64,000 nucleotides of DNA from Perna viridis (Eukaryota), in the NCBI GenBank assembly GCA_037379345.1, contig CM074520.1:10044001-10108000 (forward strand). Direction: 5' to 3'. The notes below the pieces were generated by a model. It was not told the DNA's origin. It saw nothing but the letters and a program-made list of their open reading frames with translations, and did not search any database. How positions within the stretch are numbered: position 1 is the stretch's first letter; each line of letters opens with the position of its first letter. This document shows positions 14,001 through 26,000 of this stretch, one piece after another. The position numbers were made by a program, and so were the translations under genes.

Positions 14001-17000
14001 GCCATTTTTCTGTATCCCTCAGTAATGTGAAGAGTAAGGAAGGGTTTTTTTATGATTCATTTTATAAATTACTAGATTTTGTTGAGAACATGCATTTTCA
14101 AAGGTTTTTGACATTGAATGTCTGGATTTAAGGCCTTTATATTGAAGTGTGGATATGTATCTGCTATGAATTTGTAGAATTTAAGTGTTATTATTATCAT
14201 TTGCCTTTCTCTTTACAGGAAAAACAGGGTTGTATTACTGTGGTATGAAAGTGTTATCATGTAGTTGTTGTGATGGACATTGTGGGCCAGATAACGGCTG
14301 TAACTGTCCACCATGTCAGAAACTCGACAAAGAAGACGAAGAAAATCAACTGGAGGAGGCAAAGAGACCAAAGTTTTCCTCCAATCAGATCATAGACTCA
14401 TGGACATGGGGACCACAACCAGGTATCATATGATAAGAAATAAATGAATTACCTTTATATACCTCATAATGACTACCATTGATTTGATATCATAGTTATA
14501 CCCTCGCTTCAAAGGAGAAGAGATATGCTATTTAACCCTTGTCTGTCTGTCCATCAGTAACAATTTTTTTCCTTTCTGTCACAGTTTTCTCAGCTACTAC
14601 TCATCACAGTGGTTTGAAATTTTAACACATTCTTCCTGTAGATATGCCATATAGTGGGATCCATTTTTGAACAAAAAATTGATAACATAATGTTTACTAA
14701 GGACTTTGTTTATTTTCCTTATATTACGATTGTTTATTTTATCTTATATTATGATTGAATGCGGGGGTATCACTATTGAGCCATTGCTCATACAATATTA
14801 AACTTAAGATGCAAAGAAGCATAAAAAAGATTGTTGTTTCTACAACAAATGACAGTTTTTGAAATTAACAGATTCATTGAAAAAGGATTATTTACACTTG
14901 TCTTCATTTAGTAGGACATAATGTAAATGAAACCTTATGGTAGGTATATAAAGTTTAAAAATCTGGTATCCATACAGAAAATAAATACTTACAGTACACT
15001 CACTTTAAATTTATTATAGAAATCCTTTCTTTAAATTCAACATCTTTACACCATAATAACCATGATTAGGAAAGAATATAAATTTTTTAAATCATGTTTA
15101 GTCTTTATTTTGAACTTGTTTACCTACTATTCCTTTTACAGCAAGCAAAATATCTTACATTAAACTATATACATTATAGTTCATCTTGCTTATTCATTTC
15201 AAACAACTAGTCAGCTTGAAAAATTAATTGCTTTAATCCAGATACAACCCAGTTAAAAGAATGCCTTGAAGCCTTGCTGCATGAGAACCTGAAACTATGT
15301 ACAGAGGCAGCTTGCTCTTCCCTCTCTGTGACACGTCTACAACAGAGGCTGGCTGTACTAGAGAGGTACTTTGTAGCCCTCGGACGACAGACTCCAGTGG
15401 AAGGAAGAGCCCCCTCTAAGAAAAGTCAGACCAATCAGACTAACCTTAGTAAGCAGAAAAGGTGAGTCAGCTTGCTTTAATGGGAGATCAACTGGCTTTT
15501 TTTCCATATCAGTGGTTTGATAGAAACTTTGAGAACAAAGCAGTTTGCAGCATTGCTATGATAAAGGCAGATAACATCCTAACTAGCCATTTTATTTTCA
15601 AATCTTAGATTGTCCATACCTTCTATAACCTTGTTACTTGACATATATATATCAAAGTGCTATAAATAGAAAATTAATGAATCTTTTCATAACTTAATGA
15701 AAAATTTAAAAATTAGTTCTGTTGTTTAAGTACTAATTATAAGGTTAAATTTCCAATTCTTGATTGCTCTTCTGTAAACGGAAAATTTTTCGCACCCTCT
15801 TTCCATGGCTGGTATGGTCATTCTACTTTCCCATTTTAAAATTTGCAATTGTTCCTCAAATTCTGATACAATGTTCTTCAATGAAAATATTCAGGATAGT
15901 TGGATTTTCATATTTATTCAGGTCAAACCGAGAAAATATTAAAAAAAAACGAACTGTTGCAAAAATTTCACTGTTCACAGTATTGCTGCTTATGTGTAGT
16001 TTTTGTTCAAAATGAAATACCATTAATAGATCTTAACTCTATTTTTGCTTTTTGTTTGATGTATTTATATAAACAATACATCAAAAGCTTTCTTTTCAGA
16101 GCTATAAATAATTTTAATTTTTCAAAAAAGGCAGTGAAAGGAGGTAGACCTAGGGTAAAGGACATAACTCTTGAAATCAGTGATATGTTTGTATCATATT
16201 CAATATCACCAAAGTATACCAAGCTTTCATTTGAAACAGAATGAAATCAGTCCAAGTTACTTTGATGCTTACATTAGGTTGTAAATGGTGAATACAAACA
16301 TTCCAATGATTTGTAAGAGTTGTGTCCTTTAACCTAGGTCTACCTCCTTAAACAGGTCACCTTTCCTATCAGTATTGAAACATTTCTGACTAAGTTCAAA
16401 AATAAGTTCTGAGAGTAAACTCTTAAATACTTTATATTTTGTTAGATAAGATAATTATATTCCCCAGCTCCTCCAAGCCAGTAGAGAAAGCTACAATGGG
16501 ATTAGCTAGAGTAGGATCTAGAGCTGCTTTGAGTTTTGCCTTTGCTTTTCTTCGTCGTGCGTGGAGATCTGGAGAGGATGCTGACCTGTGTAGTGAACTG
16601 CTATTGGAATCTTTAGAGGCCCTACAGTCCCTCCCGGAGGCTACCCTGTTTGAGGAAGGATCTGTCTCTGGAGTATGGATCGAGGTGGTTGACAGAGCAA
16701 CTAAATTCCTTCATTCTGTTGTTGGAGGGTATGTATTTAGGGGAAAATTAAGTGTTTATATATAGCTGTTCATTTAATATCCATTTGTTATCTTTGTTAT
16801 ACTTACTCAGTATGGTATAATGTATTCCATGATGATGTCTAAGCTCCACACAGTGACAGGCCTTCGTTTCTTCTCTTACTAACTGCTGCAGACAGGTCTT
16901 TTGAAATTCTTGCCAATATTCAAATAAAAAATCTTTTGTCAATCAGATAAAGTTGCCTAAAATCACTCACTTTTTTCCAATATTGCAAGATTCTTTCCAT

Positions 17001-20000
17001 TTCTCGAAGGGCTATCGGCAGCATCTCAAGTGAATTATGACATAAGATGCTGTTTGAAGCTTTAAGCATATCATGATGTATAAATTTGCTTCTTAATATT
17101 TTGTTTTATAGGCTGATATTAATGGAAGACTCATGTTTCTGATCAATTTCATCAGTATATTTTAATCTTATACAATAGAAATCTAACTTCTAATATTTTT
17201 TATTAATTATTTAAACTTCGGTAAGCTTGAAACTTCCAGCAGATGATTGCTTTAAATTTTGACTTATGTTTTGAAAACTTTTTATTGAAGTGATTTAAAT
17301 GGGAGTGCTAGTGCTAGAGGCTCAAGTAAAATCCCAGTACAAGACCAACAGATAGCTCTATCATTACTGTTAGAGTTGTCAATACAGCGAGGATCTCTGA
17401 GCTCTGTCCTTGGATCAGTTCTACTCCTTCTAAATCTGTGGAATAACAGCAACCATGAGTTTGACAATCGAGTTAGTAGTAGTCTGAACTCTGCTCCACT
17501 CATACCAATACTCAAACGTTACGAGAAAATACAGAGTGCTAAATCCAGAGCTATTGAACCTCCCAAATGGAATGAGGTATGTTGTTACCAATTCTGAAGA
17601 CAATAAATGATTTGGCCAGCTATGTTCCTATGACATAAATGTACACCAAATGATTCAGGGTTTTCGACAATAGTAGAAAATTAATAGTTTGAAACAGTAT
17701 AACTATTGTTATTTTGTTACAGTTATAAAATTTGCATTAAGCATGTAAAATGAAAATATACACTGTTAATTCGGAAATTATTTCAATTTTTTATTATTAA
17801 AAAATAATTGTCTGACTTTATATTGCAATGATTAATACTGGTATTAGGAATTTTTTTTACACTGTGTCTGAATATTGCAAAAAAAAATTTTCTGACTAAA
17901 TGACAACATCCCAATGATCAATGCACACAGTTATTTTGACTTTACAGTAATTATTATAAATTTTACACCAGACAAAGTTGATGATGTAATCTCCAAGCTA
18001 TTAACAATGACCACAATTAAACCATGCTTTGCTTATTTCAGAATGAATTGTATGGAATAAGTCCTACAGAATGTTTTCTTCGGTACTTAACCTACCCTGA
18101 GGATTACAACTTACCAGTAGATCTGAGACAGTGTGCTGTTGTTATTATCTCACATCTTGATAGACTTTGTCAACCCTATCTACCACCAAATCATTCACAA
18201 AAGGTGAGGTCATAGGTCATAATGTTATCCATACACAATCATTAAAACTTGTCTACCACCAAATCATTCACAAAAGGTAAGGTCATAGGTCATTATGTCA
18301 TACATACATACTCTTTAAAACTTGTCTTCTTCCAAGTCATATACAAAAGAAATGGTTGTAATGTCTAATCAACATGAACTCTGTCTAGTTTTTCTGCCAA
18401 TACCACAACATTTACTAAGTAAAGGTATGTAGTTAAGGACTGAAGGTCATACATCTTATCCTCACATAATGTGCCAGTTTGTCATTCCCTCAACTTTATA
18501 TTTTTAAGTTTGACATCCTTCAACTACATATTTTTACAAGTCTTTGACAAATAAGAAGGTTATAGGTCAGAGGTCAAAACATTACATGGACAGTCTCCTT
18601 TTTCTGAGAATGGAACAGTATTGATGTAGAAGCAAATCAGAAAAACAGTAAATTAATATGGAATTAGGACCTGAGATTAGATATTAAAATGTTTTGTAAT
18701 GAATATGCTACATATTGATTTTTTTGGTTTCAGTCTTCTAGGAATAGTTTAAACCAAGAAGTGATTGGCTGGGGCTGGTTGTCATGGCTAGGTGGCAGCA
18801 CTGGACAAGGACCACATGTTTTGGAATTTTTCAATGATGTAGGAGGCGTGTGTGAAGTAGCATGTGCTGAGAGGTGTATGTTGGTCCTGGCAAAGAATGG
18901 AAAAGTCTTCATGATGTACTACTCAGCTGATAATCCTGTATGTTAATAATATGTGTTTTCTGCTCAATTGTATAGGATTTCACAGTTATAAGTGCATGGG
19001 TTCGCTCCTCAGCCAAATTACGCCGAAGACTTTCAAATTGGTAGTTGCTATTTCTCGGCCAAGCATGCAGTATAAGGGGGTAGAATGACAACTGGTTGGC
19101 TTTGAGTCAGAATAGTGTCTTAGTGAGGTGACATACCTACCTGTAGGTTGTTGCTTCTGTGAACTAGCACACTAAAGATCCAACTCAGCGTGTTGGACTA
19201 GTACAAAGTAGGATTTGAGTCAGAATAGTATGTCTTAGTGAGGTGACATACCTACCTGTGGGTTGTTGCTTCTGTGAACTAGCACACTAAAGATCCAACT
19301 CAGCGTGTTGGACTAGTACAAAGTAGGATTTGAGTCAGAATAGTGTGTCTTAGTGAGGTGACATATCTACCTGTGGGTTGTTGTTTCTGTGAACTAGCAC
19401 ACTAAAGATCCAACTCAGCGTGTTGGACTAGTACAAAGTAGGGTTTGTTTGATTGGTCAATTGTTGTCGTCCTGAGATGCATGAATTATATGCCATAGGA
19501 TGTTAAACCATAATCAATCAACAGTCAGTCAATCAGTTATAAGTGTTCAAAAGACATCTTTGTTCATCATTATACCCGACCCTGATAAGACAGTGGGTGG
19601 TTTATTGGAATCACCCTGCTTTATCTTTAAGACAAACAAAACTTCTAGAACAGTTTGAGGCATGATTTAGATTTTTTATAGTTAATTGAAAGTTATAAAC
19701 TCTTTCATAACTTTTGTACTTTTGATACTGCATGCCATAAAGAAAAAAATATACATCTGTCAATAAGTTCCTCTCTGATGTTTTACAATTTACAAAAGGA
19801 AATTTGCAATAACCCATTGTTAACATTCATCATAAATTCAAATCTACAATTGCTTTATTTCAGTCCATGCAGATAGTGAATGGTTTTGGAGATCGTACTG
19901 TAGTAAAGATAGCAACCCACCCAGATGGTAGACATTACCTAGCTCTTACCAATGACAGCGAGGTCTTCTCTTGGGGCAATGGTGATGGAGGCAGGCTTGG

Positions 20001-23000
20001 TCATGGAGACTGCATGTAAGTTATTAGTGTTCAAGTTGATTAGCATATCAAGCAAACAAAAAAAGCAGTGATAATGGTTCTTCAGATTGTAGACTTAGTA
20101 TGATATATAAAAACAATTATATGTACTTATTTTTACTTAATGTTTAGGTCTTTTCTCAAGATCAGTTTATTAAGATCTTAATTCTTACCAATTTATTTTT
20201 TACAGAACTAGAGAAGAACCAACATTGATCAAATTGTTATCTGGTAAACAGGTGACACAAATTTCATGTGGAAGTACCTACAGTGCTGCCATCACAGGAA
20301 GTGGTGAACTTTACACTTGGGGACGTGGTAATTATGGCCGCCTGGGTCATGGAACCAGTGATGATGTCAGTGAACCTACAATGGTTAAAGGGTTGAGAGG
20401 TCATAGGATTATTGATATAGCCTGTGGAAGTGGTGATGCACATACAGTAGCTGTATCTGACACTGGTAAGCACAATTTAATGTAGGCTTTACAGAGGTAG
20501 ACATAACTCTTACAAAGCATTGGTATGTTTTTGTAAACTTGGTAACTTGGATTGTTTTTATGCTGTCTCAAAGGAATTCTTCACAGGCTTTGATGAAATT
20601 AAATACAATACAAACATATTCATGATTTCAAGAGTTATATCCCTTACCTACCTTCTTAAGTTAGTTTGGAAACTTTTCATATGTTTTACTGCCATAGAAT
20701 GTAGTAAGTGGGAAGAAATGAATATATTACTTAAAAATATGAATATGAAAGAATTTAAAACTGTAGAAGTCTCACTGGCACAGTATTTTATGTCATTAGA
20801 AACTGTATATATTAACAGGAGCTGTGTACACCTGGGGAGATGGAGACTATGGTAAACTTGGTCGTGGAGGAAGTGATGGATCAAAGTCTCCTAAGATTGT
20901 GGAAAAGTTGATAGGACAGGAGATATGTAAAGTCTACTGTGGAGCTCAATTCAGTCTGGCTCAAACAAAGTCTGGGGCTGTGTTCTCTTGGTAAGATCTG
21001 TTATTATTAAAAATTATTGTGATTTTGTCACTTTAAACCTAAGTGTTATTTCATTATCTGAATGAAAGAAAAAATGATATGATTATTGCATTTACAATCC
21101 TACAACATTTTTGCATAGTTCTATTATAGGCTTGTTTTTAGTGTTTACCGCAATTGCATACAATCATTTTTTTTGTATGCTTTTTTTAAACTCATGAAGT
21201 AATGTGCTGTCTGACTTATGTATAAAGAAAATAAGTGCAGTATAAATGCTACACATGTCAGATATGAAGATCAATTTATCCGTTTATTATTACATGTGTA
21301 CTTGGCTATTGTATAATTAAACAAGCTTGTTTGAAAATGCTTACTTGTTTTGAGTTTTGACACTTGTTGTTGTAGTCAATATAGAATAGATTAAAGCCCA
21401 TACAGACGAAGTAAAATAATTTATATTGATTTTATAGGGGAAAGGGAGACAATTATAGATTAGGCCATGGTACAGATGAACATGTCCGCCATCCAAAACA
21501 GATCGAGACTCTGTCAGGAAAGAAAGTGATTAACATTGCCATTGGTTCCATGCATTGTGTAGCTATTACAGAGGATGGAGAGTTGTATGGTTGGGGACGT
21601 AATGATCATGGACAACTTGGGGACCCTTCATCTAACTGCAGATCAACACCAACAATTCTGTCAGGACTGGATGGGAAGAATATAATTGGAGCCTCCTGTG
21701 GTCCTAATCAGGTAATTTATTAGTTTACTGCAGATTACTTTTAATAATGTCAGACTGTGTGTGTGTCTACCCTTGCCAATTATCATGAAAATGAAAATTT
21801 TATATTTTCATTGTTGCCCCAAAGCAATCACTTCAAATATTTCAATAAGTCATAGAAGTACACCCAGATAGTATTTATATACCAGTATAAATATTCTGAT
21901 ATATGCATTGAAATAATTGGAGAATATTACTGTTCAATTTACTGTTTCAAGGTATGATAACATATAATTGAGGAAGGATGTTGATTTTTTGAGATGAGCA
22001 AATCAAAAGTATTGGTATTTTCCAGACATTTTCCTGGTCCTCTGGAGGACAGACAATGATCAGTGGAAGGATCCCATTTGTCGTAGATGTGTGCAAATCA
22101 ACATTTGAACAGTTAGATGAGCTTCTCGCTGATGTTTGTGAGGGGATGGATGGTCGATCTGACTGGCCCCCTCCACAGGACAAAGAATGTATTGCTGTTG
22201 CTGGTTTAAATCTGCTCAATTTGCAGGTAAGAACTTTGGAATAGTTTTATTGCTGGTTAATTCATTAATTAATGAAGTTACTTCAAGATCACCAGTACAT
22301 TGAATAAAAAAAAATAAATGTTAGCAAAGTACCTTTGTGACTATGCCCAAATAATATGAGAGAGGTTGCAGTTTAGTCCCAATCAAAATTTGGATTGATG
22401 AATTATATAAAATGCATACAAGTGATTGAGAAGTTTAAATAAATAGTAGTGAGGATGTTTCAAACATCCAATTGTTAATGTAATTTTTCTGTGTATATGT
22501 AATATTTGTATACGAAATATTGACATTATTATTTTCCAGCTACATGCAGCCATTTCCCAGACTGAGTACTTAGACTCCTTAGGGCTTGGTATAGGTAGTC
22601 CCCTGGCAACCAGTCTGAAGCAGCGAGTTGTTTCCCTTGCCAGTAACCAAGGTGTTGTCAGTACTGTCCAATCTGCTGCCCAGAATGCTTTACAGAGTGG
22701 GTGGTCTATCTTATTACCAACTGCTGAAGAAAGAGCAAGAGCACTGTCATCTCTTCTTTCTGCAGGAGGTTTGTAGAACTATTTTTCTTTTCTAAAACTT
22801 GGTACTCTTATCCACCATAGCATAAACACAAGAGGTAGTCAACATACTATCTTGAAACTGTTTTAATTTATCAATATATTGTATCTTTCAACTATCTAAT
22901 ATGCTGATTATAGAAATATGATTCCTATTCAAGGTAATTTGATGATAGATTCAGCTCTCTATAACTTTTTAATTATTTTCAGTGCACCGAGACTGTACAG

Positions 23001-26000
23001 CAATGAGCCCTGGGCAGAGATTTATGACTGATCTGTTAGTCAGTAGTCTTATGTCTGATGGAGGCTTAGAATCTGCTTTGTATGCTGCTATCAGGAAGGA
23101 AGCTCAGGGAATAGAAGATAAGAAGGTGATTTATTACTTACAAACTCTTAACATTGCCTCAAGCATTTTACTTTACAAGCAAATACAAAGAAATATATTT
23201 TTTTCTATATTTTTTACACCAACCACTATATGGAGTGTCTTTTTGTCTGTCCATCTGTTCACACAGATTTTGTAGGATTGATAGTCACCATTTGTAGTTG
23301 ATTCAACGAAGTTTACAGGAGTTATGGGACTTAAGCACTTCAACTTTTTTTGTGACGGTGGGGGACATATTGCTAAAAACTTGTATATATATACTTTAGT
23401 TTTTTACTTGTAATGTCAAAAATCGTTGTAAAACTTTCTATTAAGTCTTGAACTGCCTAAAAAATTCTCTCTTTTGAAATCAAATAATCATGTATCGTAG
23501 GATAGAGAAAAGGATTGTTTGAAGGACAAGGAAAGTGACAAGAAATCAGAACCTAGCACTAAAGCTGATTTATTAGAACCTAACCCTGAGAGGGACAGTG
23601 ATGAAGGAGGATCTACCATACCACTCTTACAGCTTATACAACAACTGCTGAGGTATGATACCATGAATTGCCATTAGTACAAACAACTGTATAAGTAAAC
23701 ATAGATTTATTACTGATGATAATTAAAAATGATTGAATCATTATAAATTAAGCTTTGAGTAAGTACTTTTATTCATTATTGTCAACCTTTGGTATTTGAC
23801 ATGTTTTAAGTGAATTAGATAATAAATCACTGTGAATAAGTCCTGTTCTTAAGAAATACAGACTATTGAGAATGTAAATCATGTAGTAAAAGATCACAAA
23901 ATTGAATCGATCTCATGAAATGCAAAATATGTTCTGTAAACATATGTGTTTTCATGGTAATCTAATTTTTGCTATTTTTGTGGTAAACAGATAAGCACAA
24001 AAAAAAAAGTACTTGCAAAAACAATTTTTAAAACTGTGAAAATATTTAAATTGCATAAATTGATAGTCTGAAATATGTTTAAATGACTGAAATGGTTGGT
24101 AAAACTAGCAAGTAATAAAATCAATATGTTAAGGGTACCCCAATGTCCATAAAAAAATAATTGATTTAAATTTTTTCATTAGATGGTTTTGTCAATGATT
24201 TGATATATATCTGCAAGAAAAAAATAAGAAAATTGCTATTCCACCAACAAAGCTACATGTAATAACAGTTTCCGTTTCTTGTGTGCTTGATTGACATTAT
24301 TTGATTCAAGCATCTTGTCATACTATTTCATTTTTTTAAATGTTATGGTAATCTAGCCTAAAACTGACTTGACCATTTCAGGAATTCCTCCACCCATACA
24401 ACATCCAGATTATACGGTATCTCTGGTGATAACATCCTGAAGATTGAGGACACAGACCTGACAGATGCCAGTCCCTCCCTAGACCTCCTCCTACAGGTCC
24501 AGAGACTAATTGTGTCACATATATATCCTCATGAGGACTGCACTGGCTCAGAAAAAGGTAGACAATATTGAATAGAAAAAATATTGATTTTTTTTACCAT
24601 TGGCATTGCATGGTCATTGAATTTAGAGTTTTGTATGTATTCAGTGAATTATAAAAATAAAAAAATACATATATGTATGAGTATTGATACTGATTTTTCT
24701 AGACACAAAAATATTTTAGAAAAGGTAATAATTAAAAAAACCAAAGAAATGTGGGATATTCAGTGAGTAAGCTAAGTAATCACTTCTGCAAGGAAAATTC
24801 CTTTGCTAAATATGTCATGCATGCTTATCAACTACCCCTCACATAACACAAAAAGGTCTATATCCAAAATCTTAACACACAATGAAAGTCTACTACCATG
24901 TTAATATTGTAGTGAATAAACTGAATAAATTAATAAGAATGAGCTCAATTTTATTTTGGTTTAATTTTCAGATTTTGAGCTACAGGGTGCTTCTGTTTTA
25001 TTGAGGAAGTACATTACTATGTTGTGTAATCATGTATCAGACATTCTACCTATTGCTGCCAGTCTGGGCAACATGAGCTCACGGCATTTCTCTGCTGTGT
25101 CTAGGATTATACAGAAAGATGTAACAGGTAATACCAGGTCTAAAACCATAGTTCATATACAACTTATTTTTATGATGCTTACGTCTTAAGCTCAGTTTTG
25201 TACTATTTTGCTTATTTTGTTCTAAAAATATGTGAACCTAGTTTTTCACTAATTTGACAGATGTCTAAAAAAAAACTATGTATTCTTTACTTTAACTTGT
25301 ACTTCACAATTGTATTATTAGGTATACTTCTCCCAGAGATGTCATCTTGCCTTGTTCTGTTACAACTGAGGAATTCAACAGTGATCCAGTCCTCCCAGGT
25401 GGTACCAGTCATGGAACATTTGTTAGACATTGTAGACAACTTCAATAAACTGGCTCCTGGTCTAGACAGGGATGACAAGGAAGATCTGGCTTGGCCAGGT
25501 GTTTTTAGTAAGTAAAGGTCTCAAGAGGACTCGAGAGATTTCTGTTGTAAGCCAGGAACTTGGTTTTCTTCTCCCATTATTTAGGATTTTTATGTTCCTT
25601 TTTTATATTGACATTTGTTGGTTGTTTTATATAAAAGTGTAGATTTGTTTAAAAGTATCACAAGAACCTACCCTTAGTTGTGAGTTTGGGTAGTAACCTT
25701 TATAAATGGCTAGATTATACCCTGTGTTAGCTTGTTTTATTTTTACATGATTACTTGGACAGTTGTCTCATGGACATTTTGTTCACATCTTTAGCTCAAT
25801 GCCTTCTTCATATTTGTTGTCAATTTTTTAAGAATAACAAGTAAGGTTATTAGTTTGAAACCTGGAGCTGTCTTTCATCATTCAATATTTTTCATACACC
25901 ACTCAACGAGTGGGTGGTATATTAGAATAACTGTATAGGTCCATCCATGTTTATATCATCTCAGTTCCCTATGGATGGATTGATTTCAAATTTGGTGTAT

